Origin: Anaeroplasmataceae bacterium | Lineage (GTDB): Bacteria; Bacillota_I; Bacilli_A; Acholeplasmatales; JAEDCM01 | NCBI GenBank assembly: GCA_016294165.1 | Contig: JAEDCM010000004.1 | Location: forward strand, 5,914 to 69,913 | DNA: 64,000 bases | Direction: 5' to 3' | In this document: positions 29,006 to 38,670 of the stretch, piece by piece | Layout: each line of letters opens with the position of its first letter | Numbering within the stretch: the stretch's first letter is position 1 | Notes under the pieces: model-generated | What the model saw: the letters and a program-made list of their open reading frames with translations, nothing else | Told to the model about the DNA's origin: nothing | Database searches by the model: none | Position numbers and translations under genes: made by a program

Positions 29006-29577
29006 GTTTTTCCCTCCATTTTAAAAGGACAAGCATCTAAGCAATTATCACAGGTTCTTTTTTTCTTTTTCCCAATACCTATAATTCCTAACATTGATTT
29101 TTGTGGAACCATTAAATAGCTATCAAGAATGGTAATATTTAAGTTTTTAAAAGCATCCAAATAGGAATGAATATATAAATTATCCTTGATACTAGCCTTC
29201 CCATAGCCTGGACAAAATCTAAATGTTCGGTTTTCGCCAAATATTTTTTCATATTCATCACTCATATATTCTAAATAAGCACTACTACAAGCATCAAAAA
29301 CCATCATCTTGCTTGGGCTTATATTCGAATAATACTTGATTCTCTTATCTATTTGATTACCAAGGGTCATTCCTACAAGATAAATTTCATCAATACCATC
29401 TAAAAATTCGCGATATCCTTCACCATTTAAAAAATCAATTTTTTCTATTTTTTTATAGATGTATTTGAAATTGGCTAATTCCTTCACCTCAATAAGCATT
29501 TCATCAATCAGCTTATCAGTTTCTTCATCAGCGGAATAATTTTTATATCCTAAATATTTTAATATTGTTTCTCTCAT
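28990..29577 (-). CDS. stand-alone methionine synthase activation (AdoMet-binding) domain protein with Cys-rich tail
   Basis: About 195 aa: ILKYLGY..., FRFCPGYG, and [15 protein letters not shown], resembling the MetH reactivation module. The C-terminus is [17 protein letters not shown]. 16-nt overlap with metH. Confidence 0.65.
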   Translation of the reverse strand: MRETILKYLGYKNYSADEETDKLIDEMLIEVKELANFKYIYKKIEKIDFLNGEGYREFLDGIDEIYLVGMTLGNQIDKRIKYYSNISPSKMMVFDACSSAYLEYMSDEYEKIFGENRTFRFCPGYGKASIKDNLYIHSYLDAFKNLNITILDSYLMVPQKSMLGIIGIGKKKKRTCDNCLDACPFKMEGKTCYKE

Positions 29578-29667
29578 AAAAACCACCTAAATAATTATAC
29601 CATAAAGTCGCATTATAAATATACATTATTTATAAAAAATGATATAATAGTTTCGGAGATGATGAAT

Positions 29668-31452
29668 ATGCCTTTTTTACCCCTAACAGTTGAAGAAATG
29701 AAAGAGTATGGATGGGAACAACCCGATTTTGTATATATAACAGGTGATGCTTATATTGATCACCCTTCTTTTGGTTGTGCAATCATTACCCGCATTTTAG
29801 AAAATTTCGGATATAAATGTGTAATTATATCACAGCCACAAAATAATGATGACTATATGCGATTTGGAATGCCGCGTCTTGCCTTTTTAGTTTCAAGTGG
29901 AAATATCGATTCAATGGTAAACCATTATTCTGTTAGTAAAAGACGTCGTAAAAAAGATTATTATACACCTAATGGAGAAATGGGAAAAAGACCAGATAGA
30001 GCGGTTATTAAGTATTGTAATAAATTACGAGAGTTATATCCATCCTCAACAATTATCATCGGTGGAATTGAAGCATCCTTAAGAAGACTAGCCCATTATG
30101 ATTATTGGGATGATAAGGTTCGTAAATCAATTTTAATTGATTCGAAAGCTGATTTATTATTATATGGTATGGGTGAAAAAACTATTGTGGAGGTCGCAGA
30201 TGCTTTAGAATCTGGTATGAGTGTTAAAGATATCATCTATATTAGAAACACCGTTTGGAAAACAAATGATGAATCACTTCTACCAAATGATGCTATCATC
30301 CTTCCAAGCTATGATGATCTATTAAACGATAAAATGGCTTATGTCAATTCCTTTAAAATTCAATATAAAAATACGGATGCTTTCTTTGGTAAAGCTTTAG
30401 TTGAAAAATATAAAAATCACATTATCGTTCAAAACCCACCGGAGTTTCCACTTACAAGAGAGGAAATGGATATGACATATAGCTTACCATATATGCGCAA
30501 AACTCATCCTTTAATTGAGAAAAAAGGACATGTACCAGCAATTGATGAGGTCAAGTTTTCCATCATCTCAAATCGTGGATGCTTTGGTGGATGTCATTTT
30601 TGTGCTCTTACAATGCATCAGGGGCGTATTATTCAATCTAGAAGCAAGGAGTCAATCATTAATGAAGCAAAATTGATTTCCGAAGATAAGGATTTTAAAG
30701 GTTACATTCATGATGTTGGTGGTCCAACTGCTAACTTCTATAATCCAGCATGTAAAAAACAAAACACCAAAGGTGTATGTAGTGAGAAAGAATGTATTGG
30801 ATATAATCCATGTAAAAATCTTGAAGTATCGCATACTGAATATTTAGATATTCTTCGTGAATTACGTAAATTACCAAATATTAAAAAAATCTTTATCCGT
30901 TCTGGACTAAGATATGATTATATTATGTATGATAAAAATAAAGAATTCTTTAATGAATTAGTAGAGCATCATATTTCTGGACAGCTTAAGGTGGCCCCAG
31001 AACATATTGATGATCGCGTATTATCTAAAATGGGAAAACCATCCCGTGAATTATATGATCAATTTGTAAAACAATATTTTGATTTGAATAAAAAATATGA
31101 TAAAGAACAATATTTAGTTCCTTATCTTATGAGTAGTCATCCAGGAAGCACATTGGATGCGGCCATCAATTTAGCCTGCTACCTAAGAGATACTGGATAT
31201 ACTCCTGAACAGGTTCAAGACTTCTATCCTACTCCTGGTACTGCTTCGACATGCATGTATTATACCGGTATCGATCCTTTTACAATGGAGAAAGTTTATG
31301 TGCCAAAGGATCCGCATGAAAAGGCTATGCAACGCGCTTTAATACAATATAAGCTTCCCCAAAACTATCAATTAGTTAAAGAAGCTTTAATCAAAGCCAA
31401 TCGCACCGATTTAATTGGATTCTCTAAAAAATGTTTAATAAAACCACGATAA
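29668..31452 (+). CDS. ygiQ: YgiQ family radical SAM protein (UPF0313)
   Basis: [36 protein letters not shown]-terminus and a radical-SAM Cys triad in [17 protein letters not shown] 29668 is 9 nt after GGAG. Confidence 0.85.
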   Translation: MPFLPLTVEEMKEYGWEQPDFVYITGDAYIDHPSFGCAIITRILENFGYKCVIISQPQNNDDYMRFGMPRLAFLVSSGNIDSMVNHYSVSKRRRKKDYYTPNGEMGKRPDRAVIKYCNKLRELYPSSTIIIGGIEASLRRLAHYDYWDDKVRKSILIDSKADLLLYGMGEKTIVEVADALESGMSVKDIIYIRNTVWKTNDESLLPNDAIILPSYDDLLNDKMAYVNSFKIQYKNTDAFFGKALVEKYKNHIIVQNPPEFPLTREEMDMTYSLPYMRKTHPLIEKKGHVPAIDEVKFSIISNRGCFGGCHFCALTMHQGRIIQSRSKESIINEAKLISEDKDFKGYIHDVGGPTANFYNPACKKQNTKGVCSEKECIGYNPCKNLEVSHTEYLDILRELRKLPNIKKIFIRSGLRYDYIMYDKNKEFFNELVEHHISGQLKVAPEHIDDRVLSKMGKPSRELYDQFVKQYFDLNKKYDKEQYLVPYLMSSHPGSTLDAAINLACYLRDTGYTPEQVQDFYPTPGTASTCMYYTGIDPFTMEKVYVPKDPHEKAMQRALIQYKLPQNYQLVKEALIKANRTDLIGFSKKCLIKPR

Positions 31453-31472
31453 AAAAAGGCTTTTTAAGCCTT

Positions 31473-32003
31473 TTATTTTTCAAATTTTTCTTTATATTTC
31501 CATATTGCCTCTTCAATAATACGATAGGCATCTTCTCTTCCTAAAGTTTTATCAATATATGTATATTTTCCTTCAAGCATCTTATATACTTCAAAGAAAT
31601 TCTTAACCTCATTAATATAGTGTGGTGGAAGATCATCTAAATTATGATAGCTGTTCCACATCATATCCTTTTCCGCAATTGCAATAATTTTTTCATCAAG
31701 CTGACCATTATCAATCATAATCATAACTCCAATTGGATAACACTTAACTAATGTCATCGGTGCAATTGTTTCTTTACATAAAACTAGCACATCTAATGGG
31801 TCATTATCATCCGCATATGTTTTTGGAATAAAACCATAATTGGCTGGATACATAGTCGATGTTGATAAAACACGATCTAAAATAAGCATTCCCGATTCCT
31901 TATCTAATTCATATTTACATTGAGATCCCTTAGGTATCTCAATACACGCCACAAACTCCCTTGGTGTAATGCGTTTTATATCAATATCATGCCATGCATT
32001 CAT
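31473..32003 (-). CDS. ppa: inorganic pyrophosphatase (family I)
   Basis: MNAWHDI..., IEIPKGSQCKYELDKESG, YPANYGFIP, and DNDPLDVLV. Confidence 0.9.
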   Translation of the reverse strand: MNAWHDIDIKRITPREFVACIEIPKGSQCKYELDKESGMLILDRVLSTSTMYPANYGFIPKTYADDNDPLDVLVLCKETIAPMTLVKCYPIGVMIMIDNGQLDEKIIAIAEKDMMWNSYHNLDDLPPHYINEVKNFFEVYKMLEGKYTYIDKTLGREDAYRIIEEAIWKYKEKFEK

Positions 32004-32079
32004 ATAGATCACCTCTTGATTCATTTTACCATAGAATGTATAATAAATCTATATAAAAAATAAAAACGGTTGCCCGTTT

Positions 32080-32280
32080 TTATTGATTCATAGCGCTATT
32101 TGTTCCGGTGGAATCAAATGAAGTATTAGTCGTTATAGTGCTTGTTTTTGTTGATGTGGTTGCAGGTCTTGTTACTGTAGTTGTTGTGGTTGTTGTAGTA
32201 ACTTCTTTAGTACATCCAGCTAACTGAACAAACATACTTCCAGCTATTATTAGTGCACCAATTTTTATTTTTCTTATCAT
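32080..32280 (-). CDS. small Thr-rich lipoprotein (hypothetical)
   Basis: MIRKIKIGALIIAGSMFVQLAGC lipobox, followed by TKEVTTTTTTTTVTRPATTSTKTSTITTNT. Confidence 0.5.
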   Translation of the reverse strand: MIRKIKIGALIIAGSMFVQLAGCTKEVTTTTTTTTVTRPATTSTKTSTITTNTSFDSTGTNSAMNQ

Positions 32281-32371
32281 TTTTAACACCTCATTAATAT
32301 TATTAATCAACAAAAAAATTATATACATAACATTTTAAAAAAGTATTAAAATAAAAAAAGGGAGGGTTTTT

Positions 32372-34180
32372 ATGGAATTAACACTTAGAGAATTGTTTAA
32401 GAAGATTTGGCACAAAAAAAGAAAAATCATCCTTTTTGAATTAATTATAATTGCTTTTGGATTAATTCTTCTATATCCTGCATTACAAAGATTATTCAAT
32501 TTATCCATAGTTTTATCAAATTATCGCTTTATAACTGCAGAAAACTTTATAAGTTTTATCGTTAAACCGACAACAATTTTAATCTTACTACTAATAATTA
32601 TTGTTATTACTTTATACACCTTGATGGAGCTTTGCGGATTAGCAATTATTTTTGATGCTAGATATAATAATGATACAACACTTTTAAGATTATTAAAAAC
32701 GACATTCATGTATGCAAGACGCTGCATTAAACCCAAAAACTTTTTAATATTTGTTTTTTTAATGATTAATATTCCTTTTTTCACTTTATTATTAAGCGAT
32801 ATATCTATATCTAACTTTGATTTTCCTCAAGCCTTCTTTAAAACAATAGATGATTACACCTATATTAAAGTTATTTTTTATTGTATAACATTTTTGCTCA
32901 TCGTTGCTTCTATTTTTCTAATATTTATATATAACTTTTTTTCAATTGAAAAACAAGGTTTTAGAGATTCATGCAAAAATAGCATAAAGCTTGTTAAAGA
33001 ACATAAATTAGAACTAATCAAGGTGTTTTCTATCACTAATATTGTTTTCTTTATTTCCATAATTATAATCTATTCGATGATTGCTATAATCGTTGGTTTT
33101 GGATCAAAGCTATTCATAAGTGAAGATCAAGCATTATCAAGTTTTCTTTCAATTATGTTTGTTGTTACATATTTTTCTAAACTTTTTTTCAAAAGCTTGT
33201 TTATCGTCACAAATATTGCTTTAGCCACAATGTTTTTTAATAAATACTATCATTCAAACAAAAAATTGATTATTAAAAGACTAAAAATAGAAAAGAAAAA
33301 AAACTATCATATATATCGTAGATCTCTTCTTGTTATTACAGTTATTATATTATTGATTAACACATTCTCCTTCTTCAGTAAAACGCAAGATAATGTTCGC
33401 AGAGCCATTGGATTGGGAGCACTAACTGAAGTCACTGCTCATCGTGGTGCATCAAGCCTTGCTCCAGAAAACACCTTACTTGCCATTGAATTAGCCATTG
33501 ATGATGGTGTTGACTGCGTTGAGGTTGATGTTAGTCAAACCAAAGATGGCATCTTGGTTTTATGCCATGATACCAATTTAAAACGATTGTGTAACATCGA
33601 TGTCAACTTAAGTGAAATAACCTATGAGGAACTCTTAAATTATTATGTGTTAGATGAAAAATTCCCTCAAGCTAAACAAACAATACCAACCTTAAGGGAT
33701 GCTTTAGAATTATGTGATGGAAAAATAAAAATCAATATTGAAATTAAGAATATTCTATATTATGATCAATTTTTTGATGAATTTTATGAAATAATTCATG
33801 AATATAATCTTGATGGAGAATGTTATGTAACTTCATTTAATCATTTATATTTAAAAAAAATAAAAGAAATGGATAAGAATATTAGAACCGGCCTAACGGT
33901 CTTCTATTCATATGGAGCATATTATAAAATAAGCTATGTTGATTTTATCAGTATCAATTATCTAGCTTTAAATAAATCAATTGTCAAATTAATTCATAGC
34001 TATGGTAAAGAAGTTCATACTTGGACTCCAAATACATCAAATAGTATGATTTATTGCTTATCGTATGGTGTAGATAATATTATTACCGATGAATACCATC
34101 TTGCAACTGAAATTATTTACAATGAAAAAAGTAGTTTCTTAATGAAAAAAATTACTCAATTGATATTCTCAAATAAATAA
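32372..34180 (+). CDS. membrane-anchored glycerophosphodiester phosphodiesterase (GDPD with N-terminal polytopic membrane domain)
   Basis: About 7 TM helices, then GDPD motifs VTAHRGASSLAPENTL and VEVDVSQTKDGILVLCHD. RBS GGGAGGG. Confidence 0.8.
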   Translation: MELTLRELFKKIWHKKRKIILFELIIIAFGLILLYPALQRLFNLSIVLSNYRFITAENFISFIVKPTTILILLLIIIVITLYTLMELCGLAIIFDARYNNDTTLLRLLKTTFMYARRCIKPKNFLIFVFLMINIPFFTLLLSDISISNFDFPQAFFKTIDDYTYIKVIFYCITFLLIVASIFLIFIYNFFSIEKQGFRDSCKNSIKLVKEHKLELIKVFSITNIVFFISIIIIYSMIAIIVGFGSKLFISEDQALSSFLSIMFVVTYFSKLFFKSLFIVTNIALATMFFNKYYHSNKKLIIKRLKIEKKKNYHIYRRSLLVITVIILLINTFSFFSKTQDNVRRAIGLGALTEVTAHRGASSLAPENTLLAIELAIDDGVDCVEVDVSQTKDGILVLCHDTNLKRLCNIDVNLSEITYEELLNYYVLDEKFPQAKQTIPTLRDALELCDGKIKINIEIKNILYYDQFFDEFYEIIHEYNLDGECYVTSFNHLYLKKIKEMDKNIRTGLTVFYSYGAYYKISYVDFISINYLALNKSIVKLIHSYGKEVHTWTPNTSNSMIYCLSYGVDNIITDEYHLATEIIYNEKSSFLMKKITQLIFSNK

Positions 34181-34202
34181 TGCCATAGAAAAATCTATGG
34201 CA
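34181..34202. terminator. bidirectional hairpin between convergent genes
   Basis: TGCCATAGA-AAAAA-TCTATGGCA. Confidence 0.55.
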
Positions 34203-34207
34203 TTATT

Positions 34208-34804
34208 TTATTTTATACTATTTACAAGTTCAACAGTTTTTTTGATTTCATCATTAAATCCTTTTTCCAAAAATGAATTTAGTGGCGAAATTGTCTTTTT
34301 ACAATCAAGAGTAATATAAACATTATTATCAACTACTTTATAATCTTTTTCCAAACACTCTGGTAATTCATTATAAGAAATTTTAATAAATCGCTTAACC
34401 TTTAAAGTTTCGTTTAAGGCGTTATTATAAAACACATCATAAAACACACATTTAAAACTATCATTTTCAAAATTGATTGAATTTCCAATTTCCAATGTGC
34501 CAAGAGGTTTGAATTCAAATAAATCAATCGCTTCTAAAGCAGTTGTTGAACTGCACCTCAGATTTGTATTTTTAAGTTCATTATTTAAATATTTTTCTTC
34601 AATCTCTAAAATATCCTTATCCTTAACGGTACTAGCAAATATAGCAATAAAGACACATATTATTACTGGTATAGCGATTGTACTTAATTTGAAGCTTTTA
34701 ATATATTTCGATAGACCAAATCCCAAAATAATAAGACATAGTCCATAAGAAATAATTTCTTTTAAATACTTACGAATTTTAAGTTTTAAAAACTCAATGT
34801 TCAT
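34208..34804 (-). CDS. hypothetical membrane protein (2 TM + soluble domain)
   Basis: 198-aa ORF on the operon strand. Two N-terminal TM helices. No family recognised. Confidence 0.4.
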   Translation of the reverse strand: MNIEFLKLKIRKYLKEIISYGLCLIILGFGLSKYIKSFKLSTIAIPVIICVFIAIFASTVKDKDILEIEEKYLNNELKNTNLRCSSTTALEAIDLFEFKPLGTLEIGNSINFENDSFKCVFYDVFYNNALNETLKVKRFIKISYNELPECLEKDYKVVDNNVYITLDCKKTISPLNSFLEKGFNDEIKKTVELVNSIK

Positions 34805-34817
34805 ATTATCCTTCCTT

Positions 34818-36482
34818 TTATGCTTTTAATTCTTCAAGTCTTGTAATTACATATTTAACAAATTCTCTTATCGTATCTTCAAAGAATGGGTTTTTAATCT
34901 TAGCTAGAGCTAATAATTCGAAATATCCCTTTCTTCCACCTGTTTCACAAAGTCTTAAATAATCCTTAATTACATCCGGTTTTTTAGTAAGTAAAACTGA
35001 ACAAACATCAGCTAATGCAAAATTTAATGAGTATAGTGGCTTTGTAAAAATGTATCTATTTGTTAAATAAGCACATCCTTGATTAAAGAAGTCCTGGTCA
35101 TAAACACGCCAAGGAAGATATTTCTTTTCCATTTCTTTCCATAAAGCATTCTTCTCATCAAAGCTTAATTCTTTAGAATAAATATTTTCCTCAAATTCAT
35201 CAATTGCACAATAATATGGAATATCAAATAAGAAACGGCATAGATGTGAATATGCTAATTTATTCTTATCCTCAGAAATCTTATCTAAAACATTAAACAT
35301 TAATAATTCTAAAGTTTTAGCGTGTATTTCTTTAATCTCACCAGTTGATATATATGCTTCACTTGATTCATCCTTACGTGAAGACATATAATATGATAGT
35401 CCATGCCCAACCTCATGAGCCAATGAAAAAACATCATAAATTGATCCCTTTAAATTTGTGATTAAAAATGGCGCTTTATATTGATCAAGAATATAATGAC
35501 AACTTCCTTCAATCTTATGAGGCATCGTTTTTAAATCATATAATTCATATTCCTTTAAATAATCAATATATTCCTTAGATTGTGGTGATAAAGAAGCAAC
35601 ATAATCAAAAACTATATTAATTAATTGATCAGTATCAACCTTCGATTTTGGCTTTTGTTTAAAATAAGCGAATTCATCATAATTTTTAAAATTATCAACA
35701 CTTAATCTTAAAGCTTGCTCACGACAAATAATATCACATGCCGGAACAATATTTTTAACCACAAATTCTCTAAACATACGAGCTTCATCAGGTGTATAAT
35801 CAAATCTACCATTCATTTCATAAATACAAGATAGCGCATCCTTATGTCCGGCTTTTTTTGCGATTTGCTTTCTAATTTTAACAATTTCATCATAAATATC
35901 ATGCAATTCATGTGCAATTTTTTCATAAACAGAGGCATAAATTTTTGTTGCACTAAATCTTGTAATTCGGCTATCATCGTGGAAAAATTTACGTAAGCCT
36001 GAAAGATTTGAATCTTGCTTATTGATTTTTATTGATGGACCTGCAAGTAAGTTATTATACATCTCAATCAAAATTTGTTCCTTTGATTTTAACTGATAAA
36101 TAGTGTTATCCTGATATTTTTTATTAATAGCCATTTTTTCTAATAAATAATCCCCATATTCTTCCGCAAATTGATCTTTAAAAGGCGATTTCAATATGGC
36201 TTCGGCAGCTTTTTGCCCAACTCCTGCTAAATCCTTGATGCCATTGGCAATCATTTTTACTTCATGATCAAAATAATCATTTGACTTGTCGATAGTTGTT
36301 TTGATTTTAGCAATTGTCATCATTGTTTTAGCATTCATTAAGACTTCATTTTCTAACATATTAGTTGCTCTTGCATCCTCATATGTTTTGGCCTTGTTAA
36401 ATTCTTTAATTTTTTGTAATGTTTCTTTTTTGGCTAAATCAATGTCAGGTCTAACATATTCTATTTCATTAAACTTTTTCAT
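34818..36482 (-). CDS. M3 family oligoendopeptidase (PepF-like)
   Basis: HEVGHG zinc motif in an M3B-like context. Start MKKFNEIEYVRPD at 36482. Confidence 0.8.
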   Translation of the reverse strand: MKKFNEIEYVRPDIDLAKKETLQKIKEFNKAKTYEDARATNMLENEVLMNAKTMMTIAKIKTTIDKSNDYFDHEVKMIANGIKDLAGVGQKAAEAILKSPFKDQFAEEYGDYLLEKMAINKKYQDNTIYQLKSKEQILIEMYNNLLAGPSIKINKQDSNLSGLRKFFHDDSRITRFSATKIYASVYEKIAHELHDIYDEIVKIRKQIAKKAGHKDALSCIYEMNGRFDYTPDEARMFREFVVKNIVPACDIICREQALRLSVDNFKNYDEFAYFKQKPKSKVDTDQLINIVFDYVASLSPQSKEYIDYLKEYELYDLKTMPHKIEGSCHYILDQYKAPFLITNLKGSIYDVFSLAHEVGHGLSYYMSSRKDESSEAYISTGEIKEIHAKTLELLMFNVLDKISEDKNKLAYSHLCRFLFDIPYYCAIDEFEENIYSKELSFDEKNALWKEMEKKYLPWRVYDQDFFNQGCAYLTNRYIFTKPLYSLNFALADVCSVLLTKKPDVIKDYLRLCETGGRKGYFELLALAKIKNPFFEDTIREFVKYVITRLEELKA

Positions 36483-36530
36483 CAAATCACCCCACTGCAC
36501 CACTTATTATAACATAATACAACAATAATT

Positions 36531-37550
36531 TCAAATAGTTCTTTGGCGCTTGAAAAGTAATATTATAGTAAATAATACTAAAGCTACAAACGAAATAATC
36601 AAATAATACCAAACAAAGTTAACCTCTTCATCTAAAGTATGATAAATAATGTTAGAGAATTCAATCACAAAAATGATTATAGGAGCTAATAATGAATCAG
36701 ATTCTACCTTAAATAATCTTTTAAATTCTTCATTTAAAATATATACGATTGCTATTATTCTTGTGCTAGTAGAAAAAAAATAAACAATGATTGATAAACT
36801 TTCAATTCTCGTAATATAATTATCCAAATCAATGAGTGATATAGATGAATACAATGGATAAATAACCTCTTGTGTCATATTTAAACCTATCACTGAAATC
36901 AATCTAATTGCTATAAATGTAATTAATACAAATGATAAAAAACCGCCTAAATAGTATATTTTCTGGTTATCCTTTACATTTAAAAAAATATTGTGCAAAA
37001 CAAAAATATCTAAAAATGTATGCAACAAGTAATAGAGAACTCCATTAAGAACTCCATTAATATCTCTTGGAATAATTGGTAAAACGTTATAAATGTTAAC
37101 TTTATCAATAGATAGACCTGTAATAATTAAAATAAAAAACATAATTAAAACAAAGGATGTTTGAGAATATCTCGCCAATGATTCCATACCATTTTTTAAT
37201 ACTAAATAAAAAATAATAAAACCAAATAAATAGATTAGTCTTTTATTTGTTCTAACAAAAATCATTTGAACAATAAAATAAGTATAATTAAAAACCTCCT
37301 TTGAAGCCACATAGACCATGAAAAACAATAAAAAAATTCGAAAAATATGCTGGATATATTTATTATCAAAGATACTAAATATGTTTTGTTTACTCTTTAG
37401 AAGCCTTGAATAAACAAATAACATCGGTAAGGAAAATAAATACGCAACTAAAAGTGAAAAAATAGTGTATTTATTGATGCTTCCTAAATAAAAAACAATA
37501 CTTCCTAAAGTATAAACTATATATAAACATAAACCTTGTCTAAAACTCAT
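36531..37550 (-). CDS. spore germination protein, GerAB/GerKB-type (permease-like subunit)
   Basis: 339 aa with about 10 TM helices. It is the last gene of an operon with GerAA- and GerAC-type genes. The call rests mainly on context plus topology. Confidence 0.6.
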   Translation of the reverse strand: MSFRQGLCLYIVYTLGSIVFYLGSINKYTIFSLLVAYLFSLPMLFVYSRLLKSKQNIFSIFDNKYIQHIFRIFLLFFMVYVASKEVFNYTYFIVQMIFVRTNKRLIYLFGFIIFYLVLKNGMESLARYSQTSFVLIMFFILIITGLSIDKVNIYNVLPIIPRDINGVLNGVLYYLLHTFLDIFVLHNIFLNVKDNQKIYYLGGFLSFVLITFIAIRLISVIGLNMTQEVIYPLYSSISLIDLDNYITRIESLSIIVYFFSTSTRIIAIVYILNEEFKRLFKVESDSLLAPIIIFVIEFSNIIYHTLDEEVNFVWYYLIISFVALVLFTIILLFKRQRTI

Positions 37551-37714
37551 AAATCACCTAAAATATATTTTGCAATTGATTCAAAATGATCAGAAAACAT
37601 AATCATAAAAATATTACAAATCATCAGTATATAATAAAATAGCTTTTCCTTTTTTAACTTCTTATAATCATTTAAAACAAATAAAAAAATAATACACAAA
37701 AGAAAAAATTTCAT
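37547..37714 (-). CDS. 55-aa two-TM protein inside the ger operon (possible D-type subunit)
   Basis: Below the track's size cut-off. My translation: MKFFLLCIIFLFVLNDYKKLKKEKLFYYILMICNIFMIMFSDHFESIAKYILGDL. GGAG lies 7 nt upstream of the ATG. The stop overlaps the gerAB-like ATG (ATGA), and the start is 2 nt after the gerAC-like stop. Confidence 0.35.
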   Translation of the reverse strand: MKFFLLCIIFLFVLNDYKKLKKEKLFYYILMICNIFMIMFSDHFESIAKYILGDL

Positions 37715-37716
37715 TT

Positions 37717-38670
37717 TCAAGCTCCTTTTTTTATCAGAACATCTAATTTAATTTTTATTTCATAATTTCTATTTAATTCTAAGTTTTTTCTATAACATAA
37801 TAAATTTAAATAAAACGGGTCATAATTCTTTTTTCTAATTTTTAATTCATTTTTTAATAAATAATCCAAAAAAACTTCCTTTATTATTTCCTCTTCTAAA
37901 ACTGTTGTATTAGAATTAATACAAGCATCAATTTTAAAGGATGCTTTGTTTTTTTCTAATTTTAATTTTGAGGATATGTTTATAATATAAAAGTCATATC
38001 CTCCTAAATTAAAATTCCCTTTAGATAATTTATTATTCAAAATCTTGATTGTATTGATTTCATCTTTTTCATAGAATTCTTTAATCTCAAAGTCATTTAA
38101 TAAAACACCGCCGTCAAATTTTAATGCCTCGTCATAATAACAAACCGGTAATAAAACTGAAACATCATCATACAACAAATAATCATAACATTCATATAAT
38201 TCTAAATAGTTAACAACATTTATACAATGCTTATTATTTTTAAGCATTTCTAATATATACTTTGATGAATCATTTTCTTTTAATATTTCTTCAATTGGAC
38301 TTAAAGCAATTACTGGAATGATACTTAACCTAAAATCATTATCATGTACTAAATATTTAAAAACATTTAAGATATCCTCTCTTTTTAAACCTTGATCTAA
38401 TAAAATAATTCCACAATGGCTATATAAAGGTATCTCCTTCATAAGGTAATTAACATTAAAAAAGGCCTCATTAATACTTTTCCCTTTGCTTTGATAAAAC
38501 TCACTATTTATGTTTGTAGAGCTTCCTTTGGATTTTAAAACCTCAATATGTAAATTATATTCTTCATTTTTATATTCAAGACCAACGCCTGAAATAATTG
38601 CATAATCTTCAATCTCCCTTATTCTACATCCTGATAAAAATAGTAATAAAAAAATCGCTAACTTAATCAT
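37717..38670 (-). CDS. Ger(x)C family spore germination lipoprotein
   Basis: Lipobox LLLFLSGC, then IEDYAIISGVGLEY...LHIEVL, typical of the GerAC N-terminus. Confidence 0.7.
   Translation of the reverse strand: MIKLAIFLLLFLSGCRIREIEDYAIISGVGLEYKNEEYNLHIEVLKSKGSSTNINSEFYQSKGKSINEAFFNVNYLMKEIPLYSHCGIILLDQGLKREDILNVFKYLVHDNDFRLSIIPVIALSPIEEILKENDSSKYILEMLKNNKHCINVVNYLELYECYDYLLYDDVSVLLPVCYYDEALKFDGGVLLNDFEIKEFYEKDEINTIKILNNKLSKGNFNLGGYDFYIINISSKLKLEKNKASFKIDACINSNTTVLEEEIIKEVFLDYLLKNELKIRKKNYDPFYLNLLCYRKNLELNRNYEIKIKLDVLIKKGA

Noticed and set aside
29578-29667. A SAM (S-box) riboswitch or Met T-box might sit upstream of the metH/luxS operon.
   Set aside because: The divergent intergenic region is only about 90 nt, and promoters and RBSs for both genes occupy it. 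None of the conserved S-box or T-box strings are present.
37547-37714. The 55-aa ORF might be a frameshifted N-terminal fragment of the GerAB-like gene, which would make it a pseudogene.
   Set aside because: The 339-aa GerAB-like ORF already begins with a typical N-terminal segment and about 10 TM helices. The mini-ORF has its own RBS and clean ATGA coupling. I therefore treated it as a separate small gene with low confidence.
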